Below, one piece after another: positions 35,586-47,685 of a stretch of 64,000 nt of DNA. Below the pieces are notes generated by a model. The model worked only from the letters and a program-made list of their open reading frames with translations. It ran no database searches and was not told where the DNA came from. Position 1 is the stretch's first letter; the number at the start of each line of letters is the position of its first letter. The DNA is from Anthoceros angustus (lineage: Eukaryota > Plantae > Anthocerotophyta): contig VJWM01000019.1 of the NCBI GenBank assembly GCA_010909165.1, positions 310,001-374,000 on the forward strand. The letters are read 5' to 3'. The position numbers and the translations under genes are program-made.

Positions 35586-36004
35586 GTGGTTTAGAATTGG
35601 AGAAGGAGGCGCGGGATCGCTTCCCGGAGCCTTGTTCATGGCCGCCGCCTTTCGGACGCGGGAATTGGTGTCTTGGAATCGGAGGGGAGGAATTGCGGGA
35701 GGCGGCACCGTCTTAGATCCCTGGCCTGCGGTCTGCGCTAATTCCAGCTCCGGCCGGCTTGCGGAGGTTGCTGCCTTTTCAGTGGGGAAGGGAGCATTGC
35801 CTGTTCCGGCTGTGGGACCTCCACGAGCCTGCCGCGTTGCTGTGCTATGCTGGCCGTGGATGTTAGGTTACCGCATCCGGCCGGGCTCACGGGATGCGGC
35901 TCTGCTGCGCTTTCCTCATCCAGCTCTGGAGTAGGTAGAGGATTAGATTAGATTAGCAGTTGGCTTCGGAATTTGGTAAGTCTGCCCCGGGGACGGGGTG
36001 TAAG

Positions 36005-39000
36005 ATGGATTATGTGGAGATGCAGCAGCCGCTTCGGAAGCCGGTGCTGGATACGCTCTTGTCTTCCGAGGCCCTGTCCAGAGGAGTGCCGTATACCGGT
36101 GTGAATGGAGGTTTCAGAGCCATGAACATTCCCATGTTCCCTCACGCCAAGCCTGCGTCCGTGCCTCTCGGGTCGCCTCACCCTGGTATGCAATCTCTCC
36201 TTCTCTCTCTCCCGCGCCTCTTTGCTGGTGTGACGCAACTCTTTTTTTGGCTTCGCAGCCCGCTCACTTGTCCGTGCTTGTGGTGCAGGAACCAGCACTG
36301 CTGGCGGTGCTTTGCCTGAGATTGCAAGAAGGGCCGCGTTGCAGGCGTATTTGCCTCCGCAGCCGCTCAACGGCGCTCACTTCCACCAAGTCGTCAAGGC
36401 TTCCCCTGCCGCTATCAACGTGCCTCAATTGGCCAAGCCCGGAGATCTGGCCGCACCCCTGCCTGTGGATGCTGCACCTGACAAGGGGAAGAAGACGAGA
36501 GACGGTGGAGGCAGGGGCAGTAGGGGGGGTGGTGGGAGCAGGAAGAGGAGCAGAACAGCTCAGCCAGCGGTGGACGAAAAATTGCCCGCAGGCTTGGTGG
36601 ACTGTATCACACCACCAGCAAGAGCAGGCGGTGGAGGCCGCCAGCGTGCCAACAGCGGTGGTGAGTGTTCTTTGTCCGTGCCTTTCCCTTGTCTGTCTGC
36701 CTCTTGTGCTCTTAAGGTTGACTTACATCGTGTGAGCATCCTCCTTGTAATCAAGCAGACAGAGTAGACAAGGGGTCTGCCAGAAAGCTGAGCGGCCAAG
36801 CGTCCCGACGTGGTGAGAAGCGGGCATCTCAACTTGCCGCAACCACTGCAGCTGACGCCCTGCCTAACATCAGTGCTGTAAATTGCGGCACAAATGCACC
36901 TCGGTCGGGTGCCTTCGGTATAACCCTCATCCTCATCCACATGTGCACACCATGTGACAGACATATGTTCTTAAGTGGAGACCTCTGATTTCGGTTCCTT
37001 TTTTCCAGATATATATGGACTCAAGACTAAGCCAGTTGATATCTCCCACTATATTGCGGACATACCTCTGGCTGAGCTGATTGCCCGGAGCTCACAGCCA
37101 AACGTGAGCTCTTCAGCAGTCTCTGGTGGGATGACGAAGAGAAGTGATAGCGAGCTCCATCTGGACCAGCACATCAGCAGCATTTTGGCCTTTCTCCCAC
37201 CTTTCCACAGGCAATCAGCAACTGTTGTCGGAAGATCATCACTGGAGGCAACCGCGTCAAAGCCAGGGGACTCATCAATCACGGCCACCAAACCGACTGG
37301 GAAAATTCGGCCGCAAAGGATGTTGTTCGACCTTGAATCACCTGTACAAGCAGATGAAAACGACCCTATTGGGCGAAGTGTAGATGCAAGCTCAGAACGA
37401 GATACTCAGGGTGGTCAGGATATGGCTCCTGCGTCTGAGGTACACCTTATCCGCTTTGCGTTCTGTTTTGTGGTTTTGCAGAACTGTTTTCTTTTTCTCT
37501 TTTCGGTGTGAAGTGGCAGCATGTGCCAAGCCAGACAAACATGATGAACTTATCCTTGGTTTTTTTGTTTCAGGTTAGCACCGATCTTTCTTCACAGAAG
37601 GCACCAGCACGGTCGGGCCTGGGCTTTGACATCAGTCACCTGCGCCTGTCATCCGTTGAGGAGTTTCAGGCGAGACTGAAGCTTTCTCCCGCTCAGTCTC
37701 TAGAGTCTCTTACGACTCAGGTTTTATGCGATAGAGAGGGTGGACTGCCTGCTATTTCGACTTTTGCCTCAAGTTACAGTAGGATTTCCCTCCAGCCTTT
37801 TTCACTGCCCCCTATGGGCTCCTTCAAATCAGAAGCAGATATCGAGAAATCTCCTCAGAAGCTGGGGAAGATTGGTCACCGTCCATGGATCCGGTGTGAT
37901 CCTGCAGGAAGTGATTGTTGGCTGCAGAGTGGATTGTGTGCATCTGGTCATCTGGACTTGCAGGAACTTGGGATAGGTGATTCATTAGATAAGGATCCAG
38001 GGTCTAAGGGAAGAGCAACCCCGCCTGTTCTGGATAGCACGCAGGGCCATTCAGCAGATGATGAGACTTCCATGGCCCATGCTTTTGGGGGGCCGCAGGG
38101 AGTTGGTAGGCTTGCTGACAGTGCTTCTCCCATGGAAGTAGAAGCAAGGCCAAGCCTTGCAGCTTCGCCTACTGAGGGTGAAAAGGTCCTTGCTGGTCCG
38201 ATGGGGGCTGAAATAGCGACCAACGGTCATATTGACAGATTAATAACTGATGGTGACAGTAAATTGCTGTCAAGTACTCCCTCAGGAGTATCAGACTGTG
38301 TAGCAGGAGCGAACCTACGGAACAAGCCGCAAGATGTGGATGTCAGTGTGGCAGAGCACAAACTAGGAGCGGAGCAAGCTGCTGTTGCTGATTCCCCCTT
38401 GGTAGATGCAGAGCTAAATCTCAAAGCTCAAGCCGAGCCAGAGGAAGGTATGCATCTGGCACGGGTTTTGGAGTTTGCATTTGCTCTTGAAACGATCGAT
38501 ACTTGTTACTGATTGCTGTTTCTCGTTGCTGCAGCACCTTGGTCTCCTTCAGCTGTCGAAGCAGCTTGGGCCCTAGTGCAAATGTCGGCATCAACTGAGC
38601 CTTACGAAATTCCAGCTTCTGTATCAAATAAGCGGCGAGTATTTGAACCGTACCCTGGAGCCCCAACTCAGAGGGCTGCAAAAAGTATGAAGATTGGTAA
38701 CTTGGGAGGAGGGATTGCTGGGGCCTCTGCCCTCAGTCAAGGTGAAGGCAGGGACAGTTTGGACGGTGGCAACGTGCCTCCCAACAAAGCTCTTGTGAGT
38801 GAGAAGAGAAAAAGCTTGAGCCAAGTGAACGAGGCATCTCCAAGTGTGGGAAAATCAGTACCTTCTCGAGGAAATGCATGTGGGTTGCGAGGGTCTGTGG
38901 GTTCTGCCGGTCGTGTGAATGGCTGGGCTAAGCCAGACAAGAGTGGTAGTACCGTCAACAAAGAAAGTGGCAGGGCTCTGGGTTCATCAAGAGCTGTGAA

Positions 39001-39244
39001 GGGAGCTCCGAGGAGTGCCTTGTGCTCCTCACAGCAGAAAGGTGCAGCAGCTGCCAAGGCCCCAGGTGCTGGACAAAGAGTTGGAAGCTCCAAGAGCAGT
39101 CGAACTCCCCTGTCGGCAACGTCTCCACATTCATTAGCCGCTGTTAGTGGGGCTCAACCCAACCCTGTAAAGTCCAACAGGCAGAGTGTGCCGTTCTCTT
39201 CAGAGGGAAAGCCGAAGACCAAGGGTAGAGCAACTAAAGACTAA
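36005..39244 (+). CDS. Uncharacterised plant protein (At1g64050-like, from recalled motifs), multi-exon
   Basis: Long in-frame exons with GT-AG junctions. Motifs DIYGLKTKPVDISHYIADIPLAEL, LQPFSLPPMGSFKS and SPSAVEAAWALVQMS resemble a conserved plant family of unknown function. Low-complexity Ser/Lys C-terminus. Confidence 0.65.
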
Positions 39245-39640
39245 GTAGAGCTGCACGTCCTTGGCAGCGATGTAGTGTGTATTCTTTTCTCAGCTCTTTG
39301 CCCGTTGTAGACTTTGGCAAAGGTATTCTGAGTTACAGCAGGCGGAACGCTCACCCCAAACCAGCTTGACTGCATTTTATGTATTTCCAGGTTTTTAGTG
39401 AGACGAGAGCAGTCTGGTGCAGATCCCTCGTGGCGGAACAACCCATAATTTTAGTGAATGATCGGGTATTTACAACCCATAATTTTGAGGGCGATTTGAA
39501 GGCCTTGAGTTAGTCATAAGAAATACTCGACTTATGGGCATTTCTTTACGAACTTATCTTATAGGAATTGGGCTTCCACACAAACCATTCTCATCGTTTA
39601 TCAAAGAGACTGGCGTTCTTGCTATATCTATTTGTGTACC

Positions 39641-39990
39641 CAATTCAACCCTGACCTTGTATTCTGAAAACCTAGAATATGAGTATAGATTAATATATTA
39701 AGATAACAAAAAAATGATAGGTACCAAAGAAATCCAATCCTGACCTTGCGTTTTGAGAACCAAGAACATGAGTATAAATTAATATATCAAGGTAACAAAA
39801 AAAATGATTTAGAACCAAGAACATGAGTATAAATCAATATATCAAGGTAACAAAAAAATGATAGGCACCAAAAAAATCCTCGAGGATGTTTGTGTGTGTC
39901 CCAAATTGGGCCCTAACCTGAAGAACATGAATACAAATTGCCATATCTAGGTAACAGAAAAATGAAGAAAAATGATAGGCACTAAAGAAA
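39641..39990 (+). repeat. Degenerate tandem array of about four AT-rich units
   Basis: The core gaa(c/t)atgagtataaattaatatatcaaggtaacaaaaaaatgat recurs at about 39675, 39765, 39820 and 39925. Confidence 0.75.
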
Positions 39991-41423
39991 AGTCAGTACC
40001 ACTGAATCACTCGTGCTAACGTACTATCTCCGCTGTTTATAGGATTGTAAATGGAACGGGATAAAACACTATGAAGCAACCCCCGGCAAGCAATGTAGCC
40101 ACCTGGGGCTTGGGTAATATTATTCCCGTTGATATCCTTTCATATCCCACCTTGGATGGATATTAGTAGGAATAATATCATCGCATAGCAAAGCAACTTG
40201 GTTTCACCAAAGGGTTTCGCCAAAGATATATCGTTGCATCGCCAAAGATATATCGTTGCATCGCCAAAGATATACCTTTGCATCACATTTTAGATCGCTA
40301 AAAACATACCTTTAAATACATACCTTTTTATTTAAAGGTGGGATGTGGAGACATATCGGTAGGATAAACGCATCTGGAGGCACGATACTACATTGTTACA
40401 CCGCTCTTACGACGGGCTACATTATAACAAATATAGAACAATAACTACCTAATCAAACAATACAGCAAGAATGTTAAAATGTTGAATCAAGCATGTCATA
40501 GGTCGTTGGATAGAGATTGGGCCGTGGAACTGGTCACAATTTGCGGAATTTTAAAAACTAAAAATTCAATCTAAGTCTTTTTATTAAGTTTTCATCTAAC
40601 CCAATGGCCGTCGTCATGGGGTTATCCCATAAATCTTTGCAACTACTTGTGTCTGTCTGGTTCAGCCATCCCAAGGCCAGTGTGGGTAACGCCACTTTCC
40701 ACTCGCCTACAAACTTTCTAGGCGTCTGACATCCTGATCCTCATGATGTACATCGTCTGGTGAGCTTGGCAGGTCACTGCTTCTTGCAGGGGAGCTGCTT
40801 CTCCTTTAGTCTTCTACGGATCTCGCTACTGTCCAGACTTCAGAATCATGCACCCCGGGAGACTGGTGGTGTTCTGTACTTCTGACGGATCTGGCTTTTC
40901 GACACCATATCGCCGCCTCCTAGTCTAGCCCAACTGCCGAATCCGTGCACTACGAACTTGTGGCCCAAATAAAATACGATAGTGATGTGCCAGTTAAGTA
41001 CATGCAAATTTTTCTTCCATGTTTGAACATTTGCTACACCTCAAAAGTCTTCTAGGAAAAACCTGTGGTGGAAGAACACCCATTACCCTACACCTCAGTG
41101 CTTGCACTTCAAGAACTCCAGCTTGTCATCCATGGTGAACCTGTGCAGCACTGTTCAGTTACCACTGTGACGTGGCCACATGATGTGATACCCACCCTAC
41201 AATAAACCAAGCCGCTATTGCTAGCTTCAGCACTCATTTCCCGCGAGGCAAAGCGCGTCTGATGGTGTTCCTTTTTGCGTTCCTGCTCCAATTAGCAAGA
41301 CAAGGTCTCAGCAAGTTAACATTGCAGATGCTCACTCCTTCAGCGGGGAGTGGTAGGTAGCCTCACCCTTTACATGTCAGTAGGCCTCAGGCAGTGAGGA
41401 TGCTTTGAACGGATGTCATCAAC

Positions 41424-41887
41424 TCATGCCACAGAGATGGGTTGAGTTACTGTTTCCGTCGGAACCGAATCTAGGAACTCCACTTCAAAGTCCTCCTGCC
41501 ACACCAACAAATTGGAAGGTGTATAATACATTCAGTTCAAAAGCCTAGGGTTTAAACAAAGTTCAAAAGCCTAGATGACATGCTGAAGGAGACGAACACC
41601 AAACAGTTCCAGCCAACCTACCGGACTGTAAATAACAGTGATGTAAAGCGAACAGCTTGGACACCGAGCTATCTCCTCACCGGCACTCAATTCTGCCTGC
41701 AAACACGAAATTGAAGCTCATCGACGTGGGAGCAAACGAGCAGCCATAGCTCAAATTAGGGTTACGGTAGGAACTAGGAGATTACCTTCGTGATCTGAAA
41801 GAGGTCGCCGCAGGGGCAGGGGTACGTGAAGGCTTTGAGATCCTCCCGCCACTCCATGTCCTCGATCTCCACCTCGTCGTACGACAT
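41424..41887 (-). CDS. DPH3: Diphthamide biosynthesis protein 3 (CSL zinc finger), 3 exons, 82 aa; absent from the ORF track
   Basis: Exons 41887-41786, 41696-41622 and ~41495-41424 splice to [34 protein letters not shown]|[25 protein letters not shown]|[23 protein letters not shown], with GT-AG junctions in phase 0. Confidence 0.95.
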
Positions 41888-42073
41888 GGCTGCAGGAATG
41901 AGAACCGCTGTTCTCGACTCCAAACGTTAGTGTAAAGGCCAATCAACTTCAAGAAGACGAAAGGAGAGTTCCTGCTAGTATAGTCACTCTTGAACCATAT
42001 ATATAGACTATATCTTGCTAGGGTTTCGATTTGGCAAGTACCGACGGGTTGAGCAGCTGAGCGTGTAGCGCGA
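41888..42073. promoter_or_regulatory. Putative bidirectional promoter for DPH3/IWR1 with a telo-box
   Basis: Only 186 bp separate the divergent ATGs. TAGGGTTT (telo-box, AAACCCTA on the minus strand) lies at 42019-42026. Confidence 0.6.
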
Positions 42074-43198
42074 ATGGCGTTCCATGGAGGAGGTGCAAGG
42101 GCGGTTGCAGCAGAAGGCGACAGGAATGGCCAGCACGACTTGGGAGGCTGCGATCCGCAGAACGATCCTGTGGTCGTTCATAAACCTTTAAAACCTGTAG
42201 TAATACGTGTCAAGAGGCAGCGGGAGGTGGCTCCCATTGAGGCTCTGTGGCTGGAGGTTCATGATAGGCCGCTCAAGAGGAGGTCGGGCTTAAAGAGGTT
42301 GAGTCTGGCAGAATCTGAAGCTGATGCGGGTGAAGAGAGGGGAACAAAACATCTGTTCTCCCTACTCGAGACTGTGACCTCGTCTGCCCTGAGGGATGCA
42401 GGTTTGTTGGAATCGCTCGAGGAGCTGAAGGTAGAGAAAAGGAACAGGCGGAAGGAGCAGCGTAAGCCGAACATCCGTCCTCGGTCACCTACTGGAGGAC
42501 GGAAAGCACAGCATGATGCACTGGCCAAGGCGGCCAGGTTCCAGCAGGTCTGGCACAGCAGACGAGGGGTTGCCCAGGGGGAAGAGGAGGAGGATGCGGC
42601 CGCGGAGCTTTTCCAGCTGTATGATGTTGTCCGGGTCGACGTGGAAGCAAAAGCAGCTGCCAAGGCCGTCAAACGCGAGAAAGCCAAGCAAGCAGCTGAA
42701 GGAGATTCGTGGTTGCGTAATTATCTACCGCTGTTACGGGAACACTTGCCAGCTGCGCTTTCCGAGGTGGACTCTACTAATGCTGCAGCACAAACCAAGT
42801 CAGCAGTGCAGGATGTAGGGCAGGCCGATGATGGAAGTGAGGCCGACGATTTTGTTTATGATGTTTACATTATGGAGGATGACGCAGACGAGGAAGACGA
42901 CTATGCTGCCTACCCCACTGTGGAAGTTCAGGAGGAGGAGTTCTTTGTCTTCGATTCGGTCCATTCCGACCATGACAGTGAGGACTCGAATGCTGAAGAC
43001 AACCCTAAGAATGACTATCCTGAAGAGGAGGAGGATCCTTGTGACCGCAGCAGCAACAGTGAGGACGGTTCTGACGATCGGTGGAAAGGATCTGAAGAGG
43101 AATATGACACTGTTGCATACGACGAAGAGGAAGACATGAGGTACGGAAGTCAAGCATATGGTGACACAGAGGAAGTGAGGTGGGCACGTCGAAGATGA
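42074..43198 (+). CDS. IWR1: IWR1/SLC7A6OS-family RNA polymerase import and assembly factor (RDM4/DMS4-like), intronless
   Basis: KPVVIRVKRQRE.APIEALWLEV..RPLKR; DDFVYDVY; DSEDSNAEDNPKNDYPEEE; acidic tail. Confidence 0.88.
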   Translation: MAFHGGGARAVAAEGDRNGQHDLGGCDPQNDPVVVHKPLKPVVIRVKRQREVAPIEALWLEVHDRPLKRRSGLKRLSLAESEADAGEERGTKHLFSLLETVTSSALRDAGLLESLEELKVEKRNRRKEQRKPNIRPRSPTGGRKAQHDALAKAARFQQVWHSRRGVAQGEEEEDAAAELFQLYDVVRVDVEAKAAAKAVKREKAKQAAEGDSWLRNYLPLLREHLPAALSEVDSTNAAAQTKSAVQDVGQADDGSEADDFVYDVYIMEDDADEEDDYAAYPTVEVQEEEFFVFDSVHSDHDSEDSNAEDNPKNDYPEEEEDPCDRSSNSEDGSDDRWKGSEEEYDTVAYDEEEDMRYGSQAYGDTEEVRWARRR

Positions 43199-43447
43199 GC
43201 CTCACTACATTCAACCATTATAATTCCATTACAGTCACCTGGTCAGCTCAGCGAGCTAGCTTCCATCCTTTGGAAAAAAATCCAGCGTTGTCTCCGCCCT
43301 GCTTGTTCCAGTGGCGAGTGAATTATTTGCGATTCAAACTGGGCCTTACTGCCTGGACCAGAAACAAACATCATTTGTGTAGTATCCTGGGTCCTGCCTT
43401 CCCGGCTGGACTCAAATTGTCGGAACAAAATTGCCAACACCTCTGCA

Positions 43448-44561
43448 TCACTTGAAGAAGAGCTGCTCAGCGGTGTCGGGGAATAATGTCAAAAACAGCC
43501 AGGCCGCTGCAGAACACGACAGGAGTGAGAGTCACCAAACTTGCACAGCACTAAGAATGCTCCAACGTCAAGGGCCAGGGCATTGCACTCACCAATAAGA
43601 ACTGATCCGAGGACAATGGAAATCTGCTGCTGGACGCTCACCAGCCCGGCCTTGCCTGCATCCTTCAGTTCCTTGGGACCCTCCTTGGGGAAAGTGCCTG
43701 TTCCAAGTGCTGCCATGAGAACCTGCACCACGCTTCTCACAAGCAGAGCGGGAGAGAAAGCACAAATACCTGGAGGTACTGATGCCAGACCGCTGGAGAG
43801 GTAGGCCACATTTTGAAAACCCGCGTCATCCAGAATGTTTGCAGCTGTGTTGGACCTACAGATGCATTTAGTTTAATAAAGCTCACACCCTGACACAAAG
43901 TTTCCAAGTTTGCACACCATAGTGCAGCATACCTTAGACCTTCCTGGCACACCAGGAGCAACTTGCTGTCCTTGGAGAACTGCTTCTCCAAAGTGGGAAC
44001 GAAGTCGGCGTTCACCTTGGTGAACGCAATCCCATACAAGGCACCGGCAAATCCATTGTGCATGATCCGCTGGGCTTGTGTCGCTGCACCACACTTTCGT
44101 CAAGACATTGCTCTTCCAGTCCAGGCCAACAGATTTTTCATTCCCACCCAAATCCTACCAAGGTCCGAGTCATTGTTCTCGATGAAGTACGGGACGTGCA
44201 CGCTGGGCACGACGTGAGCCCTCTGGTACTGCGACGAGTCTCTGACGTCCACCAAAGTGTAGCCATCGTCCACCAGCTGCTTGGCCTCCTCCGGAAGAAC
44301 GAACTTCACCTCCGCCCTTGCTCCAGGCAGTGCTGCAACTCTCCGTAGGCGAGCGACAGGCCTAGCGCTACGCACGCTCCAGCACCTGCATCACCCGTTG
44401 CTGCCCCATGAATCGCATTACTCCCACACCCAGCTGCCACACCGACAGCAGCAAGCGGCAACCGGAAACAGCAGGGAGCGATGGAAGCACTTCTGTGTGT
44501 ACCCAGCAGAGCTCTGAGGCAACGGGCTCCAGGCCAGCGAGGAAGGCGACGCCATAGCCAT
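43448..44561 (-). CDS. STR11: Chloroplast rhodanese-like protein (STR11-type), multi-exon
   Basis: Transit-like MAMASPSS; AEVKFVLPEEAKQLV..GYTLVDVRD..QY.RAH; HNGFAGALYGIAFTK.N.DF; LLLVCQEGLR|S; GTFPKEGPKELKDAGKAGLV; ends LFPDTAEQLFFK*. Confidence 0.85.
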
Positions 44562-44829
44562 CGCCGCCGAGCTGTCGCGCAGCAACGCAGATTCTGGTGC
44601 TCGCACTCGCAGCTGGTCCTGCTACTGGCGGTTTGGATCAGGGGGCCATTTCGGGCAAGTACAGAGAAGATACAGGCCCGCGATTAGCGGGGCTTATATG
44701 AGTTAATTTTTGCACCGAGGGTTGGTTTACATTTCCACCAGGGTTAGAGCGACGGCGCCTCGTGCTCGATGAACGAGTCGTGTGATTCGTGAGGCGAAGG
44801 GGAAGGCAGGCAGGACTGAAGCCGCAACA

Positions 44830-47283
44830 ATGGTGAAGCGCAGCAAGAGTGAGCTGCAAGATTGGTGTGAGTTGGACGGTGGGGCGCCAGATGGTGACGT
44901 TCTGATGTGAGTGGGATTTGCAGAGAGCAAGAGCAAGCGCATGCCCTTGCGGAAAAAGTACAAGATTCTGAAGAAGGTGAAGGAGCACCATAAGAAGAAG
45001 GCCAAGGAGGCCAAGAAGATTGGCACCAAAAAGGCCAAGGTCGAGAAGGATCCCGGAATCCCGAATGCCTGGCCTTTCAGGGAGCAGGAGCTGCAGGCTC
45101 TTGAGGCCCGCCGGGCTCGTGCGGTGGAGGAATTGGAGCGGAAAAAAGAGGAGAAGAAGGAGCGGGTGAGTGCAAGGAGGGTTTCGCGGTTGTCAGAGCG
45201 TGAGTGAGTGAGTTTGTCGGGGTTGTGATTCGGGTGGGTTTTGTGGCTTGGCACCTGCAGGCCAGAAAGAGGAAAGCCGGTGAGTTTGATGGAGAGCAAG
45301 ACCTTGAGAAGCTTGCCTCTGATGCGGCACGAAAGGACTCGGAGTTTGAGAAGAGAAGGAAGACGGAGGTTGCTGCTGGGACTTCCGCCGCGAAAGGTTG
45401 GATGGTTAGGGTTTTGGGTTTTGGGGCAGTGATCGTGGTGATTTGGCAGGTGAAGTGATTCGGATTGTTGTGCTGGGTGGATAGGTGCAGATGGTTCTCG
45501 CAGGGCCTTTTACAAGGAGTTCATGAAAGTTGTGGAGGCTTCCGACGTCGTCATACAGGTTTTAGATGCCCGTGATCCTCTTGGCAGCCGCTGCAAGGAT
45601 GTTGAACGGCTGGTTCACAAATCTGGGCCTGCCAAGCGGGTGGTGCTACTGCTGAACAAGATTGGTAAGTGGCAATGCCTTCATTCTTGGTTTGGATCTG
45701 AGGTGCACGCCATGTATCTCACTGGGATTTTGTTATGTGACCGTGGGGTGCACTGGTTGTGATTTTGTCAGATCTTGTCCCCAAAGAGGTGGCAGAGAAG
45801 TGGCTCAAGTATCTGAGGGAAGAATTGCCAACTGTGGCTTTCAAGTGCAGTACTCAGCAGCAAAAAACGAATCTTGGACAGAAGGACCGGCGCAGCAAGA
45901 AGCCGATAACAGAAGTGCCTGACTTGCTGCAATCAAATGATTCTTTAGGTGCAGAAACTTTGCTGCAGCTTCTGAAGAACTATGCAAGAAACCAGCAGGT
46001 GAGAACTGTTTGTTTTCCTGGGCCCTAATTCTTTTGCTAACCTCTGTTCTGTAGTTACCTGAAGTTTCCTTGGCTATGCAGCTGAAGACATCCATCACTG
46101 TGGGAATAGTGGGCTTCCCCAACGTTGGGAAGAGCAGTCTCATCAACAGTCTAAAACGAACACGAGCAGTGAGTGTTGGTGCCACACCTGGGGTGACCAA
46201 GGTGACTCAGGAGGTGCATCTGGATAAGCATGTGAAGCTGCTTGACAGTCCTGGAATTGTATTCGCCTCAGCTGGCGAGAACAATGCAGCAGTTGCTCTG
46301 CGCAATTGCATCAAGATAGAGAAACTGGAGGATCCTATCGCCCCAGGTACTACACCTGTTTCTGCATGTTGAGCAAGATTCCAGCAATTCTTGTCTGGCT
46401 GCTCACCGTGGCTTGAATTCTGCAGTGAAGGAAATCCTAAGACTCTGTCCAGCTGAAAGGCTGATGTCTATCTATAAGCTCCAAAGGTTCAGCACTGTAG
46501 ACGAGTTTTTGCAACTTGTAGCTGCAGCCCGAGGGAAGTTAAAAAAAGGAGGTGTAGCTGACACTGTTGCAGCTGCACGAATGGTTCTACAAGACTGGAA
46601 CACAGGTTGGACTAGTGTAATGTTGTAGGGGTGTTACGTGACGAGATGGAGTTTACTAGTTGTAACTACTAACCTTGAGAACCCTCGTTTCTTTCAGGAA
46701 AGATTCCTTATTTCACCATGCCTCCAAAACGGGACTCCGGTGACCAATTGGAGTCTGCCATTGTGTCTGAGTGGGGTAAAGAATTTAACGTAGATGAAGT
46801 CTTCGAGCGGGAGCGCTCAGCAGTTATATCAGGGCTGCCATCACTTGGAAGCACTCTTCATGTTGAGATGCCTGGTGGTGACCCCTTTGCTATGGATATG
46901 GATGTGGACATGCAGGAGGTTAGTGTCTCCTACTCTCCCACGTTCGAGTATTTTCTGCAAGTTTTGTCTCTGACTTTTCTTGATGAATTTCACAGGATGA
47001 TGACGATGATGAGAACGAAAGTGATGAGGATTCTGAAGACGATGCTACCCAACCTGCGGAAAAGGAAGAGGAAGAACCTGAACCTCTCTCTATGGACACC
47101 AGCGAAGCTGTAGCTGTATTGTCCAGGGGTAGTGCCTTCCTTAGACAGAATGACAAGCTGTACGATGTGGATGGCATACTAAATCCACATGCGAAGCGGG
47201 CTGAGAAGAAGCTGCGGAAGAAAGCAGCAAAGGTCAGCCGGCCTAGCGTAGGGGATAAGGAGAATGACTCCATGCAGACGTGA
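44830..47283 (+). CDS. NSN1: Nucleostemin/GNL3-like circularly permuted GTPase, copy 1
   Basis: MVKRSK|[25 protein letters not shown]; [11 protein letters not shown]; [20 protein letters not shown]; LLLNKI|DL; [19 protein letters not shown]; LLDSPG. Confidence 0.95.
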
Positions 47284-47685
47284 TCTATTTGCCAGGACAG
47301 ATGAGGTTGCTGGTAGTGGATTTATCTGAGCTTTTCGATTGGCCAGGTATTCCGCTTCTTGCAGCACGAACGGATTTCCCACTATTGTTGTATTTCTGAA
47401 GTAGAAATTTTTCTCACTGACAGCCCCACATGGGGTCGCAGAGATTTGATTAAAAACATCAAGAAGGCTGGTGCCATTTGTCGTCCTTCCATTCCACAGT
47501 TCAGCCGCGTTCACAGATATTACCGAGGCCTCTTGCGGAATTCGTTAACGCCAAAACTTTATTCACGTATTTCTCACCTGCGTACCTAGAATACCTAGTT
47601 ACTATTACTTTTACATAAATGAGCCCCATAATTGGGGGCGAGTGGTGAGGCGAAGGGGAAGGCAGGCAGGACTGAAGCCGCAACA

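Noticed and set aside
34255-35934. Long ORFs of 200-340 aa on both strands (e.g. 34333-35172, 34680-35708)
   Set aside because: They result from GC-rich microsatellites that lack stop codons. The translations are low-complexity with no domain.
39641-39990. CRISPR-like repeat/spacer appearance
   Set aside because: The units are diverged and irregular, the context is eukaryotic, and no cas genes are present.
40560-41300. Coding-like degenerate stretch on the minus strand
   Set aside because: It has multiple stops and no motif I could assign, so it is not supportable.
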